Assembly (NCBI GenBank): GCA_011524615.1
Contig: WTJZ01000105.1
Coordinates: 1 to 39,734, forward strand
Direction: 5' to 3'
Origin: Akkermansiaceae bacterium
GTDB lineage: Bacteria; Verrucomicrobiota; Verrucomicrobiia; Verrucomicrobiales; Akkermansiaceae
Length of the DNA stretch: 39,734 nt
Part shown: piece after piece, positions 25,140 to 34,311 of the stretch
Numbering within the stretch: the first letter of the stretch is position 1
Layout of the letters: each line of letters starts with the position of its first letter
The notes under the pieces: generated by a model
The model's input: the letters and a program-made list of their open reading frames with translations, nothing else
Told to the model about the DNA's origin: nothing
Database searches by the model: none
Made by a program: the position numbers and the translations under genes

Positions 25140-26468
25140 TTATGCCTCCCAGCTTGCTAGGTCTTCCCAGAAGTTAGGCCACGTCTTGGCGACACAATGA
25201 GGCTCCCCGATCGCAAAGATCTCTTCCGCCGCAATCCCTGAGCGAGACGACAATACGGAGCGTAATACGCCAAAGCACATCGCGATGCGGTGGTCATCAT
25301 GGGAGTCGGTCTCTACCTGAGCAGCCTGCACCTTGGTGATATTCTCTGGGGTCTGCCAATAGGCACCACCCTTGATCGTTACATCATCCTCGACTACTTC
25401 CGTCTCGATCCCTAGTAGCGCGAAGCCATCTACCATCGCTTGGATCCGATCACACTCCTTGACCCGAAGACTCTCCAGACCGATGAACTTAGTCTCGCCC
25501 TCTGAGAAGCACGCCAACACCATGCCAGTCATCGCGACATCTGGCATCGGAGAAAAGTCAAATACGGCACCTGGGCTCATCTCCCCATAGGTACTAAAGC
25601 TACAGTCCTCTCCATTCTTAGACACTGTTGCACCAAACTCTGCACACACCTCCGCGAACTGCTCGTCCCCTTGGAGGGTCTTAGACCCGTAGTCCTTGAT
25701 CTCTAGGTCCTGTCTCATGAGCGTCGCCCATGCACTAGGATAACTCGCACCACTCATATCCGCTGGGATCGTATACTCCGTAGGCTCATTCAGCCCCTGA
25801 GAAATATCCATGATACGCCCCTCCTCTTCTACGCTGTAATTGACACCCCAAGAAGAAAGGATCTCGAGCGTCATATCAATGTAAGGTTGCGATGGTGGGA
25901 TCTCATCCATCTCGATACGGAGCCCACCATTAATCTTTGGCGCCACTAGGAGAAGGGCGGAGACAAACTGCGATGATACGCGACCAGAGAGCGTTACGAC
26001 TCGCTGTTCTAGATTCCCTCCCAGCCCTTGATATCGTGCCGGTAAGAACCCATCATTCTGCTGACACTCTACTGCCACACCAAGAGAGCGTAGTGCCTTG
26101 AACAAATCTGCTTGTGGTCGCTCGTGCATGCGATCGACTCCCTTGAGCCCGTATTCCCCATTAATGATAAGACTCACGGCCGACACGAAGCGTGCTACCG
26201 TACCAGCATTACCAATGTGATGAATCTCGCTATCCCCCTGGAGCACCGCAGGAGGAGTAACCAATAGCCCCGTTCCCTGTTGCTCGAATCGTACTCCAAA
26301 GGATGATAATACGCCGCGCATGAACACGGTGTCATCACTCTCCAGCAGGTTATACAACACGACCGGCTTGTCTCCGATTGCCGCTAGGAGGAGCACACGA
26401 TTAGTTATCGACTTAGAACCAGGGATACGAATCTCTTTCATTTCCCCTCGTATTGACCATGTTCCCAA
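25140..26468 (-). CDS. aroA: 3-phosphoshikimate 1-carboxyvinyltransferase (EPSP synthase)
   Basis: N-terminal motif IPGSKSITNRVLLLAA with EPSPS-like length and internal segments (GNAGTVARF, RVKECDRI, DDHRIAM). The track start is TTG 26468. An in-frame ATG at 26441 (MKEIRIPGSKS), preceded by GAGGGG, is an alternative start. Confidence 0.93.
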   Translation of the reverse strand: MGTWSIRGEMKEIRIPGSKSITNRVLLLAAIGDKPVVLYNLLESDDTVFMRGVLSSFGVRFEQQGTGLLVTPPAVLQGDSEIHHIGNAGTVARFVSAVSLIINGEYGLKGVDRMHERPQADLFKALRSLGVAVECQQNDGFLPARYQGLGGNLEQRVVTLSGRVSSQFVSALLLVAPKINGGLRIEMDEIPPSQPYIDMTLEILSSWGVNYSVEEEGRIMDISQGLNEPTEYTIPADMSGASYPSAWATLMRQDLEIKDYGSKTLQGDEQFAEVCAEFGATVSKNGEDCSFSTYGEMSPGAVFDFSPMPDVAMTGMVLACFSEGETKFIGLESLRVKECDRIQAMVDGFALLGIETEVVEDDVTIKGGAYWQTPENITKVQAAQVETDSHDDHRIAMCFGVLRSVLSSRSGIAAEEIFAIGEPHCVAKTWPNFWEDLASWEA

Positions 26469-26545
26469 CCGATTGGCAATGCTTTTGTTCTCTCGCCCTC
26501 GTGACTAGTAATCAGGAGCGAGCCTTGCCTCCCTAGGCGAGGAGC

Positions 26546-27196
26546 TTATTCGGCGCTCTCAGCTCTGAGGAATTCCGCCACCACCCGTGCAATCACCCCA
26601 GCTCCTTCACCATTAGGATGCACTCTGTCCGGTACGAGATGCCCCATCTCTAACATCGGCGTATTTAGATCAATAAGCTTAGTCTCAGACCGCTCTGCAA
26701 CCACCTTTACTGCAGGAATCACCTCTTCAGTAATGGCCTTATTAGTGATCGTAAAGTTACTAGGGAAGGCCGGGATGGGCAGGCATATATACACCACGGG
26801 ACGAGAGGGTAACTGCCTGAAGCTCTCTATCATCTCTAGGTAATCAGTAATGTACAGATCCGCAGACACCCAATTCTCTGGCTTAGAATCATTAGAGCCT
26901 AGCTTAATGATGACGATATCTGGAGCATATGCCAGCGCTTTCTGATAAGAGCGTTGCTTCCAGTACGGACGATTCGTCGCCTTCTGCATCGTCGCACCAT
27001 TGACCCCAAAGTTACGCACCTCGTACTCATCTCCCAACTCCCGCTGTAACTGGGCAGGGTAACTCATCTTTGAACGATTCTTAATGGTCGCGCCAAAGGT
27101 GATACTATCCCCCACACATGCTACCTTAGTCCCCGCCTGAGCTACTATCATCCCCGCCAATAGCGTTAATAAGATCCCTTTTCTCATACCTTCCAT
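26546..27196 (-). CDS. SGNH/GDSL-family hydrolase (esterase)
   Basis: Signal peptide followed by block I VACVGDSITFG, block III KLGSNDS and block V DRVHPN. Confidence 0.88.
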   Translation of the reverse strand: MEGMRKGILLTLLAGMIVAQAGTKVACVGDSITFGATIKNRSKMSYPAQLQRELGDEYEVRNFGVNGATMQKATNRPYWKQRSYQKALAYAPDIVIIKLGSNDSKPENWVSADLYITDYLEMIESFRQLPSRPVVYICLPIPAFPSNFTITNKAITEEVIPAVKVVAERSETKLIDLNTPMLEMGHLVPDRVHPNGEGAGVIARVVAEFLRAESAE

Positions 27197-27278
27197 TTAC
27201 CACTCTGCGCCTCCTCACTCAACTCATTTTAAAAATGGTTCGACTCTTGCTCAGGTGTGATTGATAGTACGCACAATT

Positions 27279-28553
27279 ATGTCAGGATCACTCTCAGAAA
27301 AATTATTTGCTAAAGCCAAGACCCTTATGCCAGGTGGTGTTAACTCCCCTGTACGCGCATTCAAGAACGTAGATGGTGAACCCTTCTTCGTCAAACGTGC
27401 CAAGGGCTGCCGTATCGAAGATGTCGACGGTAAGCACTACATCGACTACATCGGCACCTGGGGGCCAGCGATCCTCGGACACGCCCCTACTCCCGTCATC
27501 AATGCCGTCCATGAAGCTGCCAAGATGGGCACCTCCTTCGGTATCCCAAACCTCTTCGAGGTAGAGCTCGCGCAGAAGGTCATTGACTGGGTACCAAGTG
27601 TCGAAAAGGTACGTATGGTGAGCTCAGGCACAGAGGCGACGATGTCCGCTATCCGCCTCGCTCGTGGCTACACAGGACGAGATAAGATCATCAAGTTCGA
27701 GGGCTGTTACCACGGTCACGTGGACTCTCTCCTCATCGCTGCAGGCTCAGGCGCCCTCACACATGGTGAACCAGACTCAGCAGGTATCCCACAGTCCTTC
27801 GCAGATCAAACGATCACCCTCCCCTTCAATGATGTCGAAAAGCTCGAAGAAGTCTTCGATAAGATCGGTGACCAGATCGCCGCGGTGATCTTAGAACCCT
27901 TCCCTGCTAATGCTGGCCTCATCTTCCCGAAAGAAGGATACCACCAAACCCTCCGCGACCTCACCACCAAGCACGGAGCCCTCCTCATCTTTGATGAAGT
28001 CATGACCGGCTTCCGTGTCGCTAAAGGCGGGGTACAAGAACTCGTTGGGATCACTCCTGACCTCACCGCTATGGGTAAAGTCATCGGAGGTGGTCTCCCT
28101 GTAGGAGCCTTCGGCGGCAAGGCGGAGATCATGGACTACCTCGCCCCAACTGGTCCCGTCTACCAAGCAGGAACCCTCAGTGGTAACCCTGTCGCCATGG
28201 CTGCAGGTCTCGCCCAGCTCAAGGCAATGGAAGAACAAGACGGCTACACCCATCTCGAGACCATCGGAGCTCAGCTAGAGGAAGGTCTCCGCTCCATTCT
28301 CAAGGAAAAAGGCTTAGGGTATAAGCTTAACCGCGTCGGCTCTATGTTCTGCCTCTTCTTCACCGACTCCGAGATTAACAACCTCGATGACGTGATGAAG
28401 GCTGATCTCGAGCACTTCCGTAAGTTCTTCTGGAAGGCTCTTGATGGCGGTGTTTACTTCGCACCGAGCCCTTACGAGACCGGATTCCTCTCCGTCGCGC
28501 ATACCAAGCAAGATATCGAGCAGACCCTCGATGTTGTCTCCGCTTCACTCTAG
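27279..28553 (+). CDS. hemL: glutamate-1-semialdehyde 2,1-aminomutase
   Basis: From the ATG at 27279 the N-terminus is [28 protein letters not shown], the canonical HemL start. Class-III aminotransferase segments follow, including the PLP-lysine region MGKVIGGG. The track start at 27261 is a TTG extension. Confidence 0.96.
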   Translation: MSGSLSEKLFAKAKTLMPGGVNSPVRAFKNVDGEPFFVKRAKGCRIEDVDGKHYIDYIGTWGPAILGHAPTPVINAVHEAAKMGTSFGIPNLFEVELAQKVIDWVPSVEKVRMVSSGTEATMSAIRLARGYTGRDKIIKFEGCYHGHVDSLLIAAGSGALTHGEPDSAGIPQSFADQTITLPFNDVEKLEEVFDKIGDQIAAVILEPFPANAGLIFPKEGYHQTLRDLTTKHGALLIFDEVMTGFRVAKGGVQELVGITPDLTAMGKVIGGGLPVGAFGGKAEIMDYLAPTGPVYQAGTLSGNPVAMAAGLAQLKAMEEQDGYTHLETIGAQLEEGLRSILKEKGLGYKLNRVGSMFCLFFTDSEINNLDDVMKADLEHFRKFFWKALDGGVYFAPSPYETGFLSVAHTKQDIEQTLDVVSASL

Positions 28554-28574
28554 TCTTCTAACGACTACCATAGC

Positions 28575-28595
28575 TCAGGGCTCACTGAGCCCTGA
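28575..28595 (+). terminator. possible hemL terminator hairpin (no clear T-run)
   Basis: An 8-bp stem TCAGGGCT / AGCCCTGA has a 5-nt loop and lies 22 nt after the hemL stop. It is followed by CTCTATT rather than a T-tract. Confidence 0.4.
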
Positions 28596-28675
28596 CTCTA
28601 TTGGGATAATGCAAATAAGAGAAAATTAGGCAGTGCAATCTGACTAATACTATGGTTAATAGTTAAGACATCTAC

Positions 28676-29575
28676 TTGAATGACGCACAAACAGAGCAAC
28701 GAGACCCCAGAACGGGGATCGTCACCGCGCTCAACGGAGCAGAAAGCTCCGCTGAGATCAGAGCAGCTTGCACTGCCCTTAACCGCCGCCGAGCGCGCGG
28801 ACTCATGGAGATTTCTCGCTTCTCTCCATCGCGGGAATCGTCTTCGCTTGATGTTTGGACAGCCTCTCTTATAGAGAAGGCCGAGCTCTGGGAGGTCCCC
28901 ATCGTCCCCCTAGACGCTCTCGGAATCTCGCGTGATGAAGACGGATTCCTCGAGTCCGCCGATATGATCCCCCTCAAGACTGGCGCAGAGGCCATCCCTT
29001 ACCTAGACCGCCATCATCACATCGTCTATAAGCTCTTCGACCTCCGAGCGAACGGCTCCATGGGCAAGAAGATCGTGATGCGCCGTGGGGAAGGTGGCCT
29101 CCTCTCTGATGAGATCAAGGACGCCGTCTTCCAAGACATCATTCGTAAGCTCTCTGCCATTAATGATGGTGGAGGACATCCTACAGAGATCGTAGGTCTC
29201 GTTGATAGCTTCGATCACCTTCTCGTCAAGCAACCACTAGCCGAGCCCTATGAGGACTTCTACGCAGATAAGAAGGAAGCCATGGAACTCATGCGCTGTG
29301 TGACTCCCCTAGGCGGTCAGTTCCGCCACCCTCTCTCTGTCTTCTATGCACAAGATGAGCCCTGGCTCATCGGAGACCTCCATAAGGGCAACATCATGAG
29401 AGATGTCAATGGAGCCCCTACTATCATTGACGCTCTTGTAGGCTACCTCCCACCATACGTCCTTAAGGAAGTTCCATGGATCGGGATGGCCGCTCATGAT
29501 GCCCAGATCTACCGTGAGTCAGGGCAAGCCCCCCTCCGCTCACTCTTTGATGACGTCCAAGATGACGAACTGTAA
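28676..29575 (+). CDS. hypothetical protein with a protein-kinase-like (APH/ChoK-type) motif arrangement
   Basis: 299-aa ORF with a TTG start; the first in-frame ATG is at 28805. Motifs are HIVYKLF (Lys119), LIGDLHKGNIM (Asp234...Asn239, nt 29372-29392) and TIIDAL (Asp252). The spacing resembles K72/D166/N171/D184 of canonical kinases. No Gly-rich loop is evident, and the first 100 aa or so are Ala/Arg/Ser-rich. Confidence 0.7.
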   Translation: MNDAQTEQRDPRTGIVTALNGAESSAEIRAACTALNRRRARGLMEISRFSPSRESSSLDVWTASLIEKAELWEVPIVPLDALGISRDEDGFLESADMIPLKTGAEAIPYLDRHHHIVYKLFDLRANGSMGKKIVMRRGEGGLLSDEIKDAVFQDIIRKLSAINDGGGHPTEIVGLVDSFDHLLVKQPLAEPYEDFYADKKEAMELMRCVTPLGGQFRHPLSVFYAQDEPWLIGDLHKGNIMRDVNGAPTIIDALVGYLPPYVLKEVPWIGMAAHDAQIYRESGQAPLRSLFDDVQDDEL

Positions 29576-29825
29576 GATCTACCAAACACTAAGAAACACA
29601 TTAATATATCACAAAAACACAAGGTGGTAAATTTATTCAGTTTTCTTTAAGTATACATTACAGCTTATCTTCATCTTGTAGCATCGCTCTTGCCCTCTAT
29701 TTCATAATACCACACACCTTGTTTTCAAAAAGCACTCCCCTCTTATTATTTGTCATCAAAATAACATTTTACTTGTCAAATTAGAGTATTAGTAGCGATT
29801 CTATGATGTCTCTACTACTTTCGTC

Positions 29826-31757
29826 ATGACCAAAACTCTTGCGACTCTCACAGGCCTCTTGGCTGTTCTCTCCTCCGCTTGGGCCGAGCCCGTTTCACCT
29901 GCGGACATCAAGAAAAATGCCCTTGCGATCGACAAAATAGTCGCTGCTAACTTTCGGAAAAACAAAATTCAAGTTCCCGAAACAACCGACGACCCAACCT
30001 TTCTCAGACGAGCCTTTCTCGTCTCAGTGGGGCGTATCCCAACCCCTCAAGAGGCGCTCCAATTCATCGAACTAGAGCATCCACAGAAGCGCGACCTCCT
30101 CATTAATTATCTCTATAACTCAGATGGGTATAAGAGTCATATGACGAACTGGATGTATGACCTCTTCACCATTCGTGAGGGCTACGGATCAGGAGCTGGA
30201 TCGACAAGTAATGCCCCCCTCATCGACTGGATCAGAAACGCTGTAGATACAAATAAGCCATGGGACGAGTTCTGTAAGGAACTCCTCACGACTAAGGGGA
30301 ATGCCTACATCACCTCTGGAGCGGCAGGATACTTTGCCAAGGGGGATGCGATCGACGACCACCTCTCTAATACACTACGGATCTTCACCGGTGTCAGACT
30401 AGAGTGTGCCCAATGCCATGACGACCCGTTCCAAGAATGGGAGCAGATGGACTTCTACCAATTCAAGGCCTTTGTCGACGGCCCTACAACCTATTCAGGT
30501 AAGGCTAGATATAACGGGATCAACAGTAAGTTAGTCCAACTAAGACTCAATAACCCAGAAGAATTCCAGAACACCCCTGCAGGGAGTGCCCAAGGACTCC
30601 TCTATGCGATGAATAGCGTGCTACGCTACGGCATCAACGAGAACAAAGGACGCGGACGTGTTAAACTCCCTAACAACTACGCTTATCGAGATGCAGACCC
30701 AGGTGAAACCGTCTCAGCACGCGCAGCCTTCGGAGCTAAGGTGCGCTTAAGTGATAAGAAGGATGACTTCTCCTCGCTCGACAAGTTTGCCGACTGGATG
30801 GTCAATGACCAAACTCACAACTTTGCCATCACCATCTCCAACCGACTCTGGAACCGAGTCATGGGCATCTCACTCACGCCAGTCGCAGGTGACTATGTCA
30901 CCCCTCGTGATACTAACTTCCCTCTCCTGATGGGTAAACTCTCCCAAATCATCAAGGAATACGATTACGACCTAAACGCCTTCCAGAAGACTCTCATGTC
31001 GACGCGTACCTTCCAGTTCGTCTCCTCACCTAAGAACCTCAAGAATGGCGAAAAGAACGCTCTAGACGGCCGTCGAGCAATCCGTATGTCTGCTGAGCAA
31101 GTCTGGGACTCGCTCCTCTCTCTAGCATCTACCCAGCCTGATAAGTTACCTAAACGTAAGCCTATGTCTCCTTACTTCATCCATGCGGGACAATACATCA
31201 TGAAGAAGGCTGATCTCGCTGAGGAGGTGAACAAGATGTCCGCCAATGAGTTCGAGACCTTTTTCTTCGACATGTTTGATAAGCTTAAGAAGAAGTCATA
31301 CCCTAACGCAGCCGATGAGGTCCCTGACTATGTCGACTACGACAGTGATGAATTCCGCAGGAAAGTCCCTCGAGATCTCCGTCGCGCCTCAGAGATGCCT
31401 ACTCCAATCCCTGATGGCCACTTCTTGACTGTCTTCGGCCAATCCCGTCGACAAGCTGCGATTGACGAGGCCTCTAAAGAAGGAACCGTATCTCAAGCGC
31501 TAGAACTCTTCAATGGCGCCGTCCAGAAAAACGTTATCCATAATGATAACGCTGCCATCAATCAGGTCATCGACTCTGTTGACGGTATCGAGAACCGAAT
31601 CAAAACCATTTTCCTCGTCGTCCTCAGTCGTATTCCTGACGAGAGCGAACTCAAGTTCTGTAAGGAACTTGTCGAAGCCGCTCCTAACCAGAACCAAGCC
31701 TACCGTAATCTGGTAGCAGGTCTAGTCTCCTCACAAGAGTTCTACTTCATCTTCTAA
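29826..31757 (+). CDS. DUF1549 + DUF1553 domain protein (PVC-type, no cytochrome c domain)
   Basis: Signal peptide. DUF1549 segments are FLRRAFLVSVGRIPTPQEALQF and RLECAQCHDDPFQEWEQMDFYQFKAF. A DUF1553-like C-terminal segment is QALELFNGAVQKNV. The gene ends 23 nt before the DUF1501 gene. Confidence 0.88.
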   Translation: MTKTLATLTGLLAVLSSAWAEPVSPADIKKNALAIDKIVAANFRKNKIQVPETTDDPTFLRRAFLVSVGRIPTPQEALQFIELEHPQKRDLLINYLYNSDGYKSHMTNWMYDLFTIREGYGSGAGSTSNAPLIDWIRNAVDTNKPWDEFCKELLTTKGNAYITSGAAGYFAKGDAIDDHLSNTLRIFTGVRLECAQCHDDPFQEWEQMDFYQFKAFVDGPTTYSGKARYNGINSKLVQLRLNNPEEFQNTPAGSAQGLLYAMNSVLRYGINENKGRGRVKLPNNYAYRDADPGETVSARAAFGAKVRLSDKKDDFSSLDKFADWMVNDQTHNFAITISNRLWNRVMGISLTPVAGDYVTPRDTNFPLLMGKLSQIIKEYDYDLNAFQKTLMSTRTFQFVSSPKNLKNGEKNALDGRRAIRMSAEQVWDSLLSLASTQPDKLPKRKPMSPYFIHAGQYIMKKADLAEEVNKMSANEFETFFFDMFDKLKKKSYPNAADEVPDYVDYDSDEFRRKVPRDLRRASEMPTPIPDGHFLTVFGQSRRQAAIDEASKEGTVSQALELFNGAVQKNVIHNDNAAINQVIDSVDGIENRIKTIFLVVLSRIPDESELKFCKELVEAAPNQNQAYRNLVAGLVSSQEFYFIF

Positions 31758-31780
31758 CCTCCGCCAACTACTACATTCAT

Positions 31781-33076
31781 ATGCGATACAACTCCCAAGA
31801 CGAATTATCCCGCCGCCAGTTCATGATCGATAATGCTCGCAACCTCCTCGGTGTGAGCGTGGCTCCGATGCTTGGTGCGAGCTTAGCTACTCAAGCGTAC
31901 GCGAAAAACTCTACCAATCAGAACCCAGCCCAATCAGTCATCTTCCTCAACATGGAGGGTGGAATGAGTCACCTTGATACCTTTGATATCAAATCGGGTA
32001 ACAAGCAGGTCAACTCTATCAAGACCTCCATTCCTGGCTACCAAGTAGCAGACTACCTCCCTGAGACTGCTAAGATCATGAAGGAGTGCACCGTGATCAA
32101 CTCCATGACCTCCAAGGTAGGCGCCCACCCGCAGGGACAATACCTCCTCCATAAGTCCTACACCCCACTCGGTACGATCACACACCCTTCGCTCGGGTCA
32201 TGGATCACGCGTGAAGCGGGTCGTAACAATGAAGAACTCCCTGGATATGTTGCCATCGGCACTAGTGCTGGCAGAACTGGTGGTGGATGGATGGGTGCGA
32301 ACTATTCTGCCGCCCTCGTAGGTAGACCTCAAGAAGGGCTCAAGAATGTCGACCGCTTCCATTCCGTATCAGAAGAAGACTTCGACATGCGCCTCAAGAT
32401 CGCAGACAAGCTCAACGCTAAGTTCCATAATAACTACGCTACCTCCGAGGTGAAGGGATATGCAGGCCTCTTTGATGAAGCCGTCAAGGTGATGAAATCC
32501 GATGACCTCTCCGCCTTTGATCTCTCGGAGGAATCTCAATCCATGAGAGACGCTTACGGAAGCACAAACTTTGGCCAAGGATGTCTCCTCGCCCGTCGTC
32601 TCGTAGAGGTTGGGGTGCGCTTCGTCGAGGTCAGTCTCGGCGGATGGGATACCCACTATGATAACTTCACTGGAGTGAAGGGACGTGCGGCCGAACTCGA
32701 CAAGGCCTACGCACAACTCATTTCTGACCTCAAGAGTAAGGGCCTCCTCGATTCTACCCTCGTCGTACTCGCCTCTGAGTTCGGTCGTGGCCCTGTACAA
32801 CCAGAACTGAATGATGGGCGTTCTCACCATGCGGCGGCCTTTACCTGTATGATGGCAGGGGGCGGTGTCAATAAGGGCATGGTCTACGGTAAGACGAATA
32901 AGACAGCCATGAAGGTAGAGTCCAACCCTGTCACCCTCTACGACTTCAACTCTACCATCGCCTACGCGTTAGGAGTCGACTCCCACAAGGTGGTCTACTC
33001 TCCTAGTAAGCGCCCATTCCGTATCGCAGGCCCTGATAAGGAGAAAGGAAAACCGGTCACTCAGATCTTCTCCTAA
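31781..33076 (+). CDS. DUF1501 domain protein (sulfatase/alkaline-phosphatase-like fold, Tat signal)
   Basis: Tat-like SRRQFMIDNARNLLGVSVAPMLGAS. DUF1501 segments are FLNMEGGMSHLDTFDIK, LGGWDTHYDNF and ASEFGRGP. Confidence 0.88.
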   Translation: MRYNSQDELSRRQFMIDNARNLLGVSVAPMLGASLATQAYAKNSTNQNPAQSVIFLNMEGGMSHLDTFDIKSGNKQVNSIKTSIPGYQVADYLPETAKIMKECTVINSMTSKVGAHPQGQYLLHKSYTPLGTITHPSLGSWITREAGRNNEELPGYVAIGTSAGRTGGGWMGANYSAALVGRPQEGLKNVDRFHSVSEEDFDMRLKIADKLNAKFHNNYATSEVKGYAGLFDEAVKVMKSDDLSAFDLSEESQSMRDAYGSTNFGQGCLLARRLVEVGVRFVEVSLGGWDTHYDNFTGVKGRAAELDKAYAQLISDLKSKGLLDSTLVVLASEFGRGPVQPELNDGRSHHAAAFTCMMAGGGVNKGMVYGKTNKTAMKVESNPVTLYDFNSTIAYALGVDSHKVVYSPSKRPFRIAGPDKEKGKPVTQIFS

Positions 33077-33094
33077 ACAGACCTTCTCTCATCA

Positions 33095-33128
33095 ATCCCG
33101 TTTGGACTCTCTCAAACGGGATTTTTTT
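33095..33128 (+). terminator. rho-independent terminator of the DUF1549/DUF1501 pair
   Basis: A 10-bp stem ATCCCGTTTG / CAAACGGGAT has an 8-nt loop and is followed by T7. It lies 19 nt after the stop. Confidence 0.9.
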
Positions 33129-33174
33129 CTCTCTTGGAGATGCAATTTCTCTTCTCCTGTGTTACACTGCCTTA

Positions 33175-33816
33175 ATGTCATTAGATATTTCACAACTCAG
33201 AGAAAGTTATACCAAAGGAGGCATCGAAAAAGACGACCTCGACACCAATCCATTCGCACAATTTCAGTCATGGATCGCCAAGGCTGTCGAAGCTGGCCTC
33301 CCTGAGCCAAACGCGATGACCCTCTCGACCGTCAACGCAGAGGGTGTTCCTAGCTCTCGTACCGTCTTACTCAAGGGACTCGATCATGGGTTCTGCCTCT
33401 ACAGCAACTACCGCTCACAGAAGGCGCAAGACATCGCGGCCAATCCTAATGTAGCGCTCACCTTCCTCTGGCACGCTCTCGAGCGCCAAGTGATCATCCA
33501 GGGTCGCGCCGAAAAGATGACTCCGGCCGAGAGTGAAGCATACTTCACCTCTCGCCCATACGAGTCTCAGATCGGCGCTTGGGTCTCAGAATCGCAGAGT
33601 AGCGAAATCCCAGACCGAGCAGAGTTAGAAGCTCGTGACATCGCCCTCAAGCAGCAGTACCCAGAGGGCTCCGTCCCACTTCCTGACTTTTGGGGTGGCT
33701 TCCGTATCGTCCCAACTACCATCGAGTTCTGGCAAGGTCGTGTAGGACGTCTCCATGACCGCCTCCGCTATGAACAAGAGGGCGACTCTTGGACCATCAA
33801 GCGACTCAGCCCTTGA
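33175..33816 (+). CDS. pdxH: pyridoxamine 5'-phosphate oxidase
   Basis: 213 aa with segments LSTVNAEGVPSSRTVLLKG, FYSNY-type (LYSNYRSQKAQD) and the C-terminal signature IEFWQGRVGRLHDRLRY. Confidence 0.95.
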   Translation: MSLDISQLRESYTKGGIEKDDLDTNPFAQFQSWIAKAVEAGLPEPNAMTLSTVNAEGVPSSRTVLLKGLDHGFCLYSNYRSQKAQDIAANPNVALTFLWHALERQVIIQGRAEKMTPAESEAYFTSRPYESQIGAWVSESQSSEIPDRAELEARDIALKQQYPEGSVPLPDFWGGFRIVPTTIEFWQGRVGRLHDRLRYEQEGDSWTIKRLSP

Positions 33817-33863
33817 TCTAATTTGTCCTTGCTCCTCTGCGCTAGAACTGTCATCTCTAGCGC

Positions 33864-34172
33864 ATGGTCCATATTGTCAACTTTTGGCTCAAAGAGGAAT
33901 ATAACAACCCGGAAACGAGAGCCGCATTCGAACAAGGTCTCCAAGCAATCTGCGACATCCCTATCGCTACTCAGGCAAACTGGGGAACACCAGCTGCAGT
34001 CAAAGAGCGTCCAGTCGTCGATAGCTCATGGGATTACAACATCGTCGCCAACTTCAATTCTGTCGCGGATCATGATACCTACCAAGTCCATGAAGTTCAC
34101 GAGAAATTCCTCTCAGACTTCCGCCACCTATGGGAAAAGGTCTACATCCTAGACTCAGAACTCCAGGGTTAA
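33864..34172 (+). CDS. Dabb (stress-responsive A/B barrel) family protein
   Basis: 102 aa. It starts MVHIVNFWLKEE and contains FNSVADHDTYQVHEVHEKF, both typical of Dabb domains. Confidence 0.8.
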   Translation: MVHIVNFWLKEEYNNPETRAAFEQGLQAICDIPIATQANWGTPAAVKERPVVDSSWDYNIVANFNSVADHDTYQVHEVHEKFLSDFRHLWEKVYILDSELQG

Positions 34173-34201
34173 CCAACAGCACTAAACCTTAGTAAAAACG
34201 C

Positions 34202-34228
34202 AAGAGAGCTCCTTCAGCTCTCTTTTTT
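34202..34228 (+). terminator. rho-independent terminator after the Dabb gene
   Basis: The stem AAGAGAGCT / AGCTCTCTT has a 5-nt loop and runs into a T-tract. Confidence 0.85.
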
Positions 34229-34311
34229 ATGCCCCCCGTCGGTTCAAAAAGTGCATTTTTGTGCACATTACTCCTTGCAGTCTCACCTCGAATTAGGCCA
34301 ATTGTACCCTT

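Noticed and set aside
28672-28995. A 107-aa minus-strand ORF antisense to the N-terminus of the kinase-like gene.
   Set aside because: The Ser/Arg-rich product is low-complexity. It would converge head-on into the hemL terminator region with no promoter space, and the plus-strand frame continues into a motif-bearing domain.
34251-34266. The inverted repeat GTGCA-N6-TGCAC upstream of plsX, a possible operator.
   Set aside because: It has only 5-bp arms in an AT-rich promoter region, which is within chance expectation, and I know of no regulator with this site.
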